Shown: positions 18,964 to 28,970, counted from the first letter of the stretch. The stretch is 64,000 nucleotides of DNA from Polyangiaceae bacterium (GCA_050287085.1 JBNKBE010000003.1:79350-143349); one strand, 5' to 3'. The notes: generated by a model from the sequence alone, not told the origin. Translations and numbers: made by a program.

Positions 18964-20202
18964 ATGAGCGCCGGTGCCCCCTCTTCCCTCCACCTCTTCG
19001 ACGCCTACGGGATTGAAGCCGAGTACATGCTGGTTGATGCAAGCTCGCTTGCGGTCGCGAGCCTGTCCGAACGCTTCCTCTGTGACGAAACCGGTGCTCC
19101 AAGCCAAACCCTTGCAGCTCCCCCCCTCGAGTGGTCGAACGAACTGGCTCTACACGTCGTCGAGCTCAAGAACCCCGCCCCGGCTCCTGCTCTGGACGTA
19201 TTGCACGCGGAATGGAACACGGCCCTTTCCGACGCCCTCGCCCGCATGGCGCCGCTCGGCTTGACGCTGATGCCAACGGCCACCCATCCATGGATGGAGG
19301 CCAGCGAGTTCCGGCTGTGGCAACACGGCGATCGCTCCATCTACGATGCCTACGATCGAATCTTCGACTGCCGACAACCAGGGTTTGCGAACCTCCAGAG
19401 CGTACACATCAATCTCCCCTTCACCGGCGACGACGAACTGGCGCGGCTGCACGCGGCCATCCGCGTCATCCTACCTCTCATTCCGGCCCTGGCAGCGTCC
19501 TCCCCCTACCAGAACGCCGCCTTCTCCGGGCAGCTGGACGCCCGCCTGGTCAGTTACGGCAAGAATTCCGCCCATATTCCCGCTATCGCGGGACGCATCA
19601 TTCCAGAACCCATTGCAAGCCGGCTCGAATACGAAACCCGGATCCTCCAGCCCATGTACGACGCTGTTGCGCCCTTCGATCCGGCAGGCCTTCTCCAATA
19701 CGAGTGGCTGAACTCACGGGGGGCAATCGCACGCTTCGACCGCAACGCCATCGAGATTCGTCTCATGGACTCCCAAGAGTGCCCGGCCATGGACTTCGCT
19801 TGTGTTGGGTTGATCGTGGCTGTGCTCCGCAAGCTGACAGATGAGACCCTGTCTTCCTGGGAGACGCAAAACGCGCTTGGCACGGAGATGCTCGCCGCGG
19901 TGCTCGCTCAAACAACCCAGCAGGCAGACGAGGCGCTCATCGAAGCCCCAGCGCTGCTTCAGGCGCTGGGGCTCACACCCGCCCCCCGTTCAGCGCTCGA
20001 TATTTGGCGAGAGCTGAAGAACACAACGGGCTTCTCGGGGGGGCCCGTGTTGGAGCGCAGCTGTGATCTGCTGCTGGAACGGGGTCCGCTTGCCCGAAGA
20101 ATGCTTCGCTTCGCCGGCACCACGCCCAGCATGCACCAACTCCAAGAGCTAGCGAGAACGCTCTGCCAATGCCTGGCGCGAGACGAGCCTTTCCTCCTGT
20201 AG
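18964..20202 (+). CDS. Glutamate-cysteine ligase family 2 (GCS2) carboxylate-amine ligase
   Basis: YGIEAEYM, SNELALHVVELK, PTATHPW, NLQSVHINLP, ALAASSP, RGAIARFDRNAIEIR. Confidence 0.88.
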   Translation: MSAGAPSSLHLFDAYGIEAEYMLVDASSLAVASLSERFLCDETGAPSQTLAAPPLEWSNELALHVVELKNPAPAPALDVLHAEWNTALSDALARMAPLGLTLMPTATHPWMEASEFRLWQHGDRSIYDAYDRIFDCRQPGFANLQSVHINLPFTGDDELARLHAAIRVILPLIPALAASSPYQNAAFSGQLDARLVSYGKNSAHIPAIAGRIIPEPIASRLEYETRILQPMYDAVAPFDPAGLLQYEWLNSRGAIARFDRNAIEIRLMDSQECPAMDFACVGLIVAVLRKLTDETLSSWETQNALGTEMLAAVLAQTTQQADEALIEAPALLQALGLTPAPRSALDIWRELKNTTGFSGGPVLERSCDLLLERGPLARRMLRFAGTTPSMHQLQELARTLCQCLARDEPFLL

Positions 20203-20397
20203 GGGCCCACGGTTGGGAAAGTCAGTCGCGAGCCGGTCGAGACCGCCGCGAGGTGGGCGTGAGGAGCGAGCACCGCAGAGCTACTGGAGTCGCTCGAGGA
20301 GCACAGCGCAGAGCGCGCCCGCCACAGCAAGAGGATCGGCCGGCGGAGTCTGGCTTACCCGTTCGCGGGCCCCTAGCTCGGGTTCTGGAGCCACTCG

Positions 20398-21873
20398 CTA
20401 CGATTCACCCAACGCTTCCGCCAACGCGCTCGTGGCGGCGTCCAACACCGTAAGTCGCGCATGCCGCTTGCACTCCGCAGACACCAGGTTCCAGCGGGCC
20501 CGCTGTAGGCTCGTTCGCGCCACCATTTCGCAAACCGCCTGAGAGTAGTCGGCTGCCTTTTCTCGATTGCGATAGTCTTCCTCCGAGATCTTGTGGCGCT
20601 TCCAAGGGATCGCCTCGCGCTCCTTGAAGCGGCGCAGCTGTTGCTCCTGACTGATGTGAAGCCAAAACTTGCACAGCACAATCCCGTGCTGCACCAGCTG
20701 CTCCTCAAACTCGTTGATCTCCTGATAGGCGCGCTGCCACTCAGCCGGCTGGGCGAAGCCCTCCACACGCTCGACCAAGACCCTCCCATACCAGCTTCGG
20801 TCGTAAATCGTGAAGCGCCCCCGGCGAGGAAGGTGCCTCCAAAAGCGCCATAGATAGTGGTGCGCTCGCTCTTCCTCGGTGGGTGCCGCAATCGGGATCG
20901 CGCGACACTGACGCACATCCAGCCCCTGAAGCAGCCGCCGAATGGCCCCCCCCTTGCCCGCCGCGTCCCATCCCTCGAACACGAGTATGGTGCTGAGCCC
21001 CTGCGCATTGGCCTTGAGCCCGAGGGTCCGCAGGCGGTTTTGCGCGTCGCTGAGGCGGTGTTCATACTCCTCACGCGGCACCGTCTCCCCGAGGTCAATA
21101 TCCTCAAGTACGCCCCCGCTATCTGCGTCGGGAAAGCGGGCGGCAGCAGGCGGAGCAGCAACCACAGCATCAGGTGCCCCCTGCAGGGCGCTGAGCAGAG
21201 CCTCCCCCACGACGAGGTTGCGGTGGCGACGACGCGCGGCGTCCACCACCACCCAAGGAGCAAACGCGGTGCTCGTGCGTCCTAGCGCGCGCTCGGTAAC
21301 CGGCAGGAACGCATCGTAGTGACGCACGAGACGCCGCTCTCGCTTCGTCACATGCCCTCGGGTCAGCTCGCTGTCGAGCAGCTTTTCGAAGCGCCTCTTC
21401 TGGCGCTTCTTGGAGATGTGGAGCCACAACTTCACGAAGACGACTCCGTCCGCCGCAAGTCCACGCTCAAAGGCCTCGATGCGCGAAAGCTCAGCGTCGA
21501 ACTCGTCGGCATCACTCTCCCCAAAGGCTCGACGCACAATGGGCTGGGAATACCAATTGCCCATAATGATGCCGATTTGCCCCCGCTCGGGAAGCGCCAT
21601 CCAATAGCGCCAGTAGCGCGGCCGGTGACTCTCCTCCTCGGTCTGAACATCGAAGGCGTGAACAGATAGGTGGCGCGCGTCTAGCCACTCTCCCAGGAGG
21701 TTGACGACTTCTCCCTTGCCCGCACCCTCGACGCCGTTGACCAATACGATCACCGCGCGTCCGGTTCCTACCAGTCTGCGCTGCGCCGCGAGCAGCTCCG
21801 TGCGCAAATCGCGCAGGCGAGCGTGGTAGTGACTCTTCTCAACATTGACCTCACGCTGGGCGCCCTCGAACAT
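20398..21873 (-). CDS. pap: Polyphosphate:AMP phosphotransferase (two-domain PPK2)
   Basis: Two PPK2 domains: NGVEGAGKG...GNWY and FEGWDAAGKGG...DRSWYGRVLVERVEG. Confidence 0.93.
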   Translation of the reverse strand: MFEGAQREVNVEKSHYHARLRDLRTELLAAQRRLVGTGRAVIVLVNGVEGAGKGEVVNLLGEWLDARHLSVHAFDVQTEEESHRPRYWRYWMALPERGQIGIIMGNWYSQPIVRRAFGESDADEFDAELSRIEAFERGLAADGVVFVKLWLHISKKRQKRRFEKLLDSELTRGHVTKRERRLVRHYDAFLPVTERALGRTSTAFAPWVVVDAARRRHRNLVVGEALLSALQGAPDAVVAAPPAAARFPDADSGGVLEDIDLGETVPREEYEHRLSDAQNRLRTLGLKANAQGLSTILVFEGWDAAGKGGAIRRLLQGLDVRQCRAIPIAAPTEEERAHHYLWRFWRHLPRRGRFTIYDRSWYGRVLVERVEGFAQPAEWQRAYQEINEFEEQLVQHGIVLCKFWLHISQEQQLRRFKEREAIPWKRHKISEEDYRNREKAADYSQAVCEMVARTSLQRARWNLVSAECKRHARLTVLDAATSALAEALGES

Positions 21874-22096
21874 GTCGCCATTGGACCCGAAGGCCATGGC
21901 CCTGGCAAGCACCACAACGCTGCGCCCCACGGTGCCACCGGCCGCGGGCGCGCAACGGTGGCGAGAGCCCCCCTACTGCAGTCACTGGCGGCTCGCCGTC
22001 GCAAGTGACGCTGCGACAAGCGCGGCAGCAGCTTTGGGGTCCACGCGGCCGGAACCCCAAAACCTGTGCCGTGCTCGCGCGCGACCTACAACTCGG

Positions 22097-23023
22097 TCAG
22101 TTGCCACCATCGACCGCGGCAGCCGCGTCGACATTCGGAGCGCCGCCGTCAACGACGTCCGCCATGCCACCGTCCATCACGCCGCCGTCGCTCTCCATCA
22201 TGCCCCCGTCGCTTCCCCCGTCGCCCTGGCTGGGGGCACCGGAGTCGCCGCCCACCGGCTGATCCGGTTCGTCATCCCCCGGTACCGCTGTGCCTTCGGC
22301 CACGGAGAAGAAGGTGAGCTTTCTCCGCTGAATGGACTCGATCTGGCCCCCTTCCTCAAAGGCTGAATCCAATGAACCTCTGACGACGCGCTCAAGCGTG
22401 ACAGTCACGTCACAGTCCTCATCAGCCGACTTGGCGTCAATATCCGACGCGGCAATCGAGCCGGAGCCGTCGTCGCTGCCAAATTCGCCATGCTCCGACC
22501 AGATGCAGTCCCCCTTGACGGACCAACGCATCGTCGTGTTGCCCGCCTTGGGCTTGTCCCAGGTGAGCGGGAGCTTGAGGCCACGCGGGAAAGCGTCCGA
22601 TGCGCTGTCGACGGCGAATGAGAACGGCTCCGCGATCTTGACGTTCGAGTCCGGAGCGTCGTCGTCATCTTCTCCGCGCGAGAACGATACAAGCAACTTT
22701 TCTCCGCCTTTGAGACCGGAGAACTTGGTGCTGTAGTCGCCGTCGTCCCCGGTCAGGGTCTTGGCCTTGCCCTCGTCGATTTGCGCCGTGAGCTCGTCGC
22801 CGCCGGTCAGGTTCACGTTGGTTCCGTCATCGCCGCCGACGCGGAGCTTGACCTGAACAACGGTGCCTCCTTCGGCGTCCGTCACGGCGGTCATCCCCGC
22901 GTACATGCCGCGCGTGCGAATGGCATCCGAGTCCACGGTTTCGTTGCAACCTGCGGCACCGGCCGCAACCAACGCCACCAAGGCAGAGCGAAACGCCAAG
23001 CTGGAAGTAGTAAGTCTAGTCAT
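22097..23023 (-). CDS. Hypothetical lipoprotein, beta-rich, with a Gly/Asp-rich low-complexity tail
   Basis: Lipobox AAGC after a hydrophobic stretch; GGGG RBS; tail with repeated DGG. Confidence 0.7.
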   Translation of the reverse strand: MTRLTTSSLAFRSALVALVAAGAAGCNETVDSDAIRTRGMYAGMTAVTDAEGGTVVQVKLRVGGDDGTNVNLTGGDELTAQIDEGKAKTLTGDDGDYSTKFSGLKGGEKLLVSFSRGEDDDDAPDSNVKIAEPFSFAVDSASDAFPRGLKLPLTWDKPKAGNTTMRWSVKGDCIWSEHGEFGSDDGSGSIAASDIDAKSADEDCDVTVTLERVVRGSLDSAFEEGGQIESIQRRKLTFFSVAEGTAVPGDDEPDQPVGGDSGAPSQGDGGSDGGMMESDGGVMDGGMADVVDGGAPNVDAAAAVDGGN

Positions 23024-23290
23024 AAGTCCCCAATCAGCAAAATGCATACCAAGAGGCAGCCCATCTGCCTTCTCATCGTTTATGCACGATTGCACGCCAC
23101 TTCGTCGACGGAAATCAAGTCTTCTGCGAAACAGCGCGACACCCATGTCACCCTCGAGCGCTCCGCTGTGACGTCACACAGCGCAACTTTGCCGCCTGAC
23201 AGCCAAGTCATGCGCCACCCCACGTCAAGTGCGTCGGAGGGCCCGCCCGGCGGAGGACGACCGCCCCGAAGTCGCGCTATGGTCCCAGCC

Positions 23291-24208
23291 ATGGGGCACC
23301 ATCACGGACACGGGCACCATCACGGACACGAGCACGGGCACGAAACCCGCGCCGGGGGGCACGCATTCGCCCTCGCCACGCTCCTAAACGTCGCGTTCGT
23401 CGTCGCGGAGATCTCGGCCGGGCTATGGTCTCACTCGACGGCGCTGCTGGCGGATGCCACCCACAATTTGACCGACGTATTGGGCCTCGGCCTGGCGTGG
23501 CTGGCCAACACGCTCGCCTCACGGCGCCCGTCGGCAATACGCACATACGGGCTGAGGAAGACCACGGTACTTGCGGCCCTGGCCAACGCGCTCTTGCTCT
23601 TGCTCTCCGTCGGCTTCCTCACGCTCGAAGCGCTCGAACGCCTCCAGCGGCCTGCACCCGTTGCGGGACCGACGGTGCTATCGGTCGCCCTCATCGGTGT
23701 GGTCATCAACGGCGGCAGCGCTTTGCTTTTCGTGCGCGGTGCCAGCACAGATGCCAACCAACGCGGGGTCCTCTTGCACCTAGCCGTTGATGCGGCCGTG
23801 TCGGCCGGCGTGGTCTTGGTGGGAGCTCTGTTGTGGTTCTTTCCAGACCTGACGTGGATTGATCCCATCGCAAGCCTCGCCATCTCAGTGATCGTCCTGA
23901 TCAGCACCTGGCAGCTATTGAGCGAGACGATCCACTTGGCTCTCGACGGCGTACCCCCTCAGGTGGATCCCAAGGCGGTCCGGCAATACCTGGAGCACCT
24001 TCCGGGGGTCAGCGACGTACACGACCTTCACATCTGGGCGATGAGTACGTCCGAAACGGCCCTGACAGCCCATCTTCGCGTTGGCGGAGAGACTCCGCCC
24101 TCCCTCGCCGTCCAAGTCGGAATCGAACTAGGACAGCGCTTCGGCATCGAACACTGCACTATCCAATTGGAGCCTAGCGGGTCAGAAGGAGTGTGTAGCG
24201 GCTGCTAG
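23291..24208 (+). CDS. Cation diffusion facilitator (CzcD/ZitB-type Zn/Co/Cd exporter)
   Basis: His-rich N-terminus, ALLADATHNLTD, HLAVD, DPIASL, VHDLHIW, HCTIQLE. Confidence 0.93.
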   Translation: MGHHHGHGHHHGHEHGHETRAGGHAFALATLLNVAFVVAEISAGLWSHSTALLADATHNLTDVLGLGLAWLANTLASRRPSAIRTYGLRKTTVLAALANALLLLLSVGFLTLEALERLQRPAPVAGPTVLSVALIGVVINGGSALLFVRGASTDANQRGVLLHLAVDAAVSAGVVLVGALLWFFPDLTWIDPIASLAISVIVLISTWQLLSETIHLALDGVPPQVDPKAVRQYLEHLPGVSDVHDLHIWAMSTSETALTAHLRVGGETPPSLAVQVGIELGQRFGIEHCTIQLEPSGSEGVCSGC

Positions 24209-24339
24209 TTTGCGGCCGCGCCACCGACCGCCCAAGCCCGCTCCGGCGGGGCGACGGTGGCCGGTTCCGCCTCCGGGTGGTGAGCCGTCCAGACACCACA
24301 CGCCGGCTGCACAACCGGCGCATGTCGCGCGCATTAGGC

Positions 24340-24367
24340 TTGACTCCTACGCCAATCTGCCTAGTTT
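24340..24367 (+). promoter_or_regulatory. Probable sigma-70 promoter of tRNA-Leu
   Basis: TTGACT-N16-TAGTTT, ending 32 nt upstream of the tRNA. Confidence 0.5.
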
Positions 24368-24399
24368 GCAAGCCCCGCTTTTCGAAGCGGATCGTCCAC

Positions 24400-24482
24400 G
24401 CGAAGGTGGCGGAATGGCAGACGCGCCAGCTTGAGGTGCTGGTGGGGTAACTCCCGTGGAGGTTCGAGTCCTCTTCTTCGCA
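24400..24482 (+). tRNA. tRNA-Leu(GAG), CCA not encoded
   Basis: Acceptor GCGAAGG/TCTTCGC+A, D-loop GGAATGGCAGAC, anticodon arm CCAGC-TTGAGGT-GCTGG, long variable arm, T-loop GGTTCGAGTCC. Confidence 0.97.
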
Positions 24483-24565
24483 CGACACCCTGGTAGCCAC
24501 ACGGCCGGCGGCTAGCCCGCCAAGCGGGGCCAAGGCTGCCCAACGGGGCCAGAACTCAAAGCTTG

Positions 24566-24647
24566 TGTGTGGCCCCATCGCTGTGTGGCCCCATCGCTGT
24601 GTGGCCCCATCGCTGTGTGGCCCCATCGCTGTGTGGCCCCATCGCTG
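24566..24647. repeat. Intergenic minisatellite, 16-bp unit TGTGTGGCCCCATCGC, 5 copies
   Basis: Identical units at 24566, 24582, 24598, 24614, 24630. Confidence 0.95.
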
Positions 24648-24900
24648 GCGTACAGCACACGTAGCGGGCCTGGCCTTGATGAATGCGCGCCGCGTGGTCT
24701 TTGGCCCCACTCGAGCTCAAGGACCGACCTCGAACGTTCAGCGCCTGGACCAGCCACGCCCCAAAGACGAGGGGCGTTGAAGGGCCCTTATGGCCTCTGC
24801 GGTCCTCGAGTCATCGCGCGCGTCGGCGGCATAGGCGCGTCGCGGCGTAAGGTTCACTGACGGCCACAGCTGCGGTCGCGGCCCTACATGCGTGCGTCCG

Positions 24901-26178
24901 TCACCGGGCCAGCGGACGGCGTGCGGAGTTGGCCTCAGCCTCCACGGTCTCCTCCGCATCGATGCGCTCGCTATCCAAGCGAGCGCTCGCATCATGGCGC
25001 AGAGCGGCCAATGCAGCGTAGAGTTCCCCCAATTCAAAGGGCTTCTCCACCCAACCGGACAATGGCAGCTCAGCGTCGGCGGCGATTGCAGTCCCACTGA
25101 TGAGGACGATCGGCACGGCGCCATGGCGAGCGTGAAACTCCGATAACACAACCCCCGGTTCGCGCTGCAGAGGTGACAAGTCCATCAGCACCGCATCGTA
25201 GGACCCGTCCTTCCCCAGGCTCAAGAACTCGCGCTCAGAGGTTGCCGGCACCACCTCCACCCCACGCGACTCGAGCCCAAATTCCATCATCGTCATGACA
25301 GCAGCGTCGTCCTCCAACACGACGACGCGCATGCCCGCAATCTCTTCGTCTCGCGGAGGCTGACTCACCGTCTGAGACGGCTCTTCGACGGTCGGCCAGC
25401 ACAGCTCGAAGCACGCTCCGCGCTGGTCGGTGTCCAACAGAGCCAGTCGCCCACCGCGCGAACGCGCCATCGCGTAGGAATGAGAGAGACCGATGCCCGC
25501 ACCTCCGGGTCGCAGCGAGGTCCGTCCAGCAAAGAGGGTAGCGCGCACCACCTCCGGAACCCCCGGGCCCTCGTCCCGAACCGTAAAGACAGCGTCATCT
25601 CCCCGACGTCGATAGCTCAAATGGACGTTTGCTCCGCGCTCGGAAAACGCCAACGCATTGAGCACCAGGTTGACCAAGACCTGCAGCAGCACGTCCCAAT
25701 CCCGCAGCTGTACATCACCCGGCCCCTCATCGAGGCAAAGCCGAACGTTCTGTCGCATGGCGTCGGGCAGGCCCGCACGTTCCACGTCCCGCAACACCGA
25801 CACCGCGGAACGGACGCCGGTACTCTCGGCAACGCGCGCGCCTATTGCCTCACGCGCCACCGAATGCCCGCGCCGCGCATGCAATAGGGCCACCTCCAGC
25901 GCCTCGCTCAAGGGCGTTCCGGGTACGGCCTTCGCGCGGGCCTCCGCAAGCCAACCCAACACGACCGTCAGGGCATTGGATACCTCGTGCAGAGCACCCG
26001 CCAGACGCTGTTCACCCGCGCTGGGCCCCGTGGTTGGAGTCCTGGGAGGCGGCGGCAAGGGAGCGTCGGACTGGACCTGAGACTCCACCTCACCGCCCGC
26101 TCCTGTACCTCGCGACGCAACGATGGGAGCTGCGGGGGTCAGCATCCGAGCCCGTGCAGGTGCCTGCGAGTCACTCAC
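24901..26178 (-). CDS. Cytoplasmic hybrid histidine kinase/response regulator
   Basis: H-box LHEVSNAL, N-box VNLVLNA, DEGPG, GAGIGL; receiver LEDD...MD...ISG...KPF; no transmembrane segment. Confidence 0.9.
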   Translation of the reverse strand: MSDSQAPARARMLTPAAPIVASRGTGAGGEVESQVQSDAPLPPPPRTPTTGPSAGEQRLAGALHEVSNALTVVLGWLAEARAKAVPGTPLSEALEVALLHARRGHSVAREAIGARVAESTGVRSAVSVLRDVERAGLPDAMRQNVRLCLDEGPGDVQLRDWDVLLQVLVNLVLNALAFSERGANVHLSYRRRGDDAVFTVRDEGPGVPEVVRATLFAGRTSLRPGGAGIGLSHSYAMARSRGGRLALLDTDQRGACFELCWPTVEEPSQTVSQPPRDEEIAGMRVVVLEDDAAVMTMMEFGLESRGVEVVPATSEREFLSLGKDGSYDAVLMDLSPLQREPGVVLSEFHARHGAVPIVLISGTAIAADAELPLSGWVEKPFELGELYAALAALRHDASARLDSERIDAEETVEAEANSARRPLAR

Positions 26179-26330
26179 CGCTGAATACTACCTCTTTCTT
26201 ACACGCTACGGACCATATTTTCATGGCGCCGCAATACCGCAGACTACGATCTCACGCAATCCGCCTACGATGGATTTACTCGCCCCGGTGGCGGAAAGTG
26301 TGCCTCAGCAAGGGGGTCTCAGTGCGGTCG

Positions 26331-28289
26331 CTACTTGGCCAGCGCTGCGGGTAGCAGCAGTTCGAACCGTCCACCTTCTCCTGCCCTCGTCTCGGCCACC
26401 TGAATGGCCCGGCGTAGGCACCGCTCCGCGGAGCCCACGGGGCGATCGACACACAGCGGAAGCGACAAGTCGCGCTCCAGTTTTCCCTCGTCGTTCAGCA
26501 ACACGAAAGCGCGCACGAGCGGCCCGGGGTAGGGCACACCATCCTGCGCCGATAGCGAGCCGCGAAGTCGATACGGAGCCCCCATCTCGAGCCTTCCCAG
26601 GTCGGTCACTGGACCTCCCAGGTCGACGCCGGGGAATACAAGCCAGGCCAATTCGCTGCCGGCGGGCGGCAGCAGGCGAAAATCCACGCTTGCGTGGGCG
26701 CCGGTATCGCAGCCCCGACAATCCACGCCGAGCAGTTCAAAACGGCCCGAATCCAGCAGAACGGAGGAGCTCCGAACCACGACCGACGAAACCCCCGGCG
26801 CCCCGGACCTGACACTGAGAACCTGAGCGCTGAGCCCGACCGGACTGCCGCCACGCACGGGGAGTCGTACTCGTCCGCTCAACTCGACCGCTGCAGGCAC
26901 GTCCAATATCTGCCCCGCGATGACCGGCGGCGTATCCCCCTGCTCAGAGTCGGATGGAAGCGTCAGAACGAGTTCGGTCTGGAGTGTCGCAAAGCCGCGA
27001 CCGCGAAGCGGACGTACGCGTACGTCGTAGGTGCCAGGTGGCAGGTCAACAGCCACGTAGCCATCGTCGGCCACGTCGGCGCTCTTGGTGAATTGCACGA
27101 TAGGGAATTGGGTGGTCGTGACATCGCGCAACGAGCGGGCGCTGAACTCGACCCGCCCCGGTACAGGTCGGGTTGGATCTCCCGAATCCCAGACCCAGGC
27201 TTGGAAAGTCACGTTGGGCAACGACGGCAGCGGACTGATGGTGACAACTCCACGGGTCGTCTCCAGAGCCGCCAGAGGGATCAGGAAGGTGGGTTGCGAG
27301 TTGGGATCTGGAGGCCGCAAACGCAGCATCTGCTGCGATGCCTCAACCAACTGAGTCGGCTCAATCGAATCCGGAGAGTAGGCCACGACGCCCGACAGCG
27401 ACAGCGGTACGAGCGAGAGCTCTCCGAGCAACGGGTCCATCGTCACCTCAGCAGCCGCGATGTCGCCCACCGTGGAGAGACGCTCCCCCGTCCGTTGGTT
27501 GACGATGTCCACAGACCACTGCCCGAGAGAACGCCCCCCTGGCACCCTAACCAGAAGGGGGCGGACAAGCTCGGCGGACTGGGTAAGATTGCGAAAGAGC
27601 TGGCCGTCGCGGCTGACACGGACCCCACGCGCCAGCTGCGGTACCAAAGCGCGACACGCCGATACGCTCCACTCCGCGGAGGCGGGCAAAGGATCGGCCT
27701 CCTGAAAGTAGAGGTCGTACTCCCCAGGTGGCACCCGCACCGAATAGCTCTCGAATAGCTCGTTCTCGAGCGGACTCCGCACGAAGGAACTCGTAACCCG
27801 GTACTTCTGCACATCCATGCCCAGGGCTCGTTCACGCGGGACCAGCGTGAGCTGGACAGTCCGCGTAATGCACTCTGGATCGTCGAAATAGAGCCGAATC
27901 TGCCCCCCAAGTCGCGGCGGTCTGTCCAGCTGAAGCGAAAGCGACTCCAAAGACCCCACGTCGGCTATGCGATTGAGGAAACGATAGGACGCATAGCCTT
28001 GATCCGAGGCGCGCGGTACGACTTCGATCAACAACGATTCGATTTCAGTGGCCGAAGCGAGACAACGCCCTGACTTGGGTTCACAGGTACCATCCAAGCA
28101 ATCCCCATCGCGTTCACACGTGTTGGTGCGTTCTGGAACCGGCAGAGGCGATTCATCGCTCAGAGGAACACAAGCACAGAGGACGAGGGCCATGCCTACG
28201 ACCCACGCGCTGAATAGACAATGGTGGCGGCGAGATAGACAATGGTGGCGGCGAGAGCTCGTGCTCACGGTCCCCCCGACGTCGGACAC
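26331..28289 (-). CDS. Large beta-rich hypothetical lipoprotein with carboxypeptidase-regulatory-like modules
   Basis: Hydrophobic stretch ending LVLCAC; Cys motif CERDGDCLDGTC...C; VPPGEYDL and LPPGTYDV; start uncertain. Confidence 0.65.
   Translation of the reverse strand: MSDVGGTVSTSSRRHHCLSRRHHCLFSAWVVGMALVLCACVPLSDESPLPVPERTNTCERDGDCLDGTCEPKSGRCLASATEIESLLIEVVPRASDQGYASYRFLNRIADVGSLESLSLQLDRPPRLGGQIRLYFDDPECITRTVQLTLVPRERALGMDVQKYRVTSSFVRSPLENELFESYSVRVPPGEYDLYFQEADPLPASAEWSVSACRALVPQLARGVRVSRDGQLFRNLTQSAELVRPLLVRVPGGRSLGQWSVDIVNQRTGERLSTVGDIAAAEVTMDPLLGELSLVPLSLSGVVAYSPDSIEPTQLVEASQQMLRLRPPDPNSQPTFLIPLAALETTRGVVTISPLPSLPNVTFQAWVWDSGDPTRPVPGRVEFSARSLRDVTTTQFPIVQFTKSADVADDGYVAVDLPPGTYDVRVRPLRGRGFATLQTELVLTLPSDSEQGDTPPVIAGQILDVPAAVELSGRVRLPVRGGSPVGLSAQVLSVRSGAPGVSSVVVRSSSVLLDSGRFELLGVDCRGCDTGAHASVDFRLLPPAGSELAWLVFPGVDLGGPVTDLGRLEMGAPYRLRGSLSAQDGVPYPGPLVRAFVLLNDEGKLERDLSLPLCVDRPVGSAERCLRRAIQVAETRAGEGGRFELLLPAALAK
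28214..28255. repeat. 21-bp perfect duplication ATAGACAATGGTGGCGGCGAG x2 (encodes SRRHHCL twice)
   Basis: Direct read of 28214-28234 and 28235-28255. Confidence 0.85.
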
Positions 28290-28882
28290 TCGGTGACTGC
28301 AACCTCCTCGTCACCGTCCGCGGTATCGGTCACGTTGAACCACCACGTAATCCAAGCCGCAGCATCGTACTCCCGAACGAAACCGCCAACGAAGTTCTGC
28401 TCATGGGTCAGAACCAAGGACATCGTATGACATCCCAGCGAGTCGGGACTGAGAACCTGCATCTCCACGGCTCGAGCCTGATCGTAATAGCCAGGTGCAA
28501 CAGCCAGCGTCTCGGGCCGCCCTGCCTCTTCACCCGGGACGAAATCGATGAACACAAGCGCTAGGAGCTCCTCGCCCAGATCTTCCGAGCGAAACGGCAC
28601 GGTGATGTCAAACGGGGTCGAAGGGGAAATCTCGTGAAAGACATCCAGCGCGGGACTCACCCCCGACTTGACGATAAACGGCGGGATCTGGCGCGGATCT
28701 TCGTAGCGAGGCGGATCGCCCAAACACCCCGTGAGCCCCCAAGCACAAAACAGCGCGAGACATGCGCCGCCGCCACGGGTTCGCCGCCCGCTCACGCCTG
28801 CGAGCCCCACGTGACCCTCACGAGCATGCCCTTGTCCCCGAGTCAGGGTAAGCGCCACCAGCGCACGGTCACGAAGCAACAT
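28265..28882 (-). CDS. Hypothetical lipoprotein
   Basis: Lipobox LTGC; overlaps the downstream gene; start uncertain. Confidence 0.65.
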   Translation of the reverse strand: MLLRDRALVALTLTRGQGHAREGHVGLAGVSGRRTRGGGACLALFCAWGLTGCLGDPPRYEDPRQIPPFIVKSGVSPALDVFHEISPSTPFDITVPFRSEDLGEELLALVFIDFVPGEEAGRPETLAVAPGYYDQARAVEMQVLSPDSLGCHTMSLVLTHEQNFVGGFVREYDAAAWITWWFNVTDTADGDEEVAVTECPTSGGP

Positions 28883-28970
28883 GGGTAAACGGACTCAAAT
28901 GTTAGCGCAGCCGCGTTGCCAAAGTCAGCGTTCGAAGCCCCGCGTCCTCAGACCGGCTTGCCGCCCGACG

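Noticed and set aside
23083..23099. Sigma-54-like TGGCGTGCAATCGTGCA upstream of the lipoprotein gene (minus strand)
   Set aside because: GG-to-GC spacing is off by one nucleotide, which sigma-54 does not tolerate.
22781..23290. N-terminal extension of the CDF ORF
   Set aside because: Overlaps the divergent lipoprotein gene; the family match begins at the His-rich Met at 23291.
1..24647. Tandem arrays as CRISPR arrays
   Set aside because: Units are 16-18 bp and directly adjacent, with no unique spacers and no cas genes in the window.
24400..24900. Genomic island or prophage integrated at tRNA-Leu
   Set aside because: No integrase, no att duplication and no obvious composition shift.
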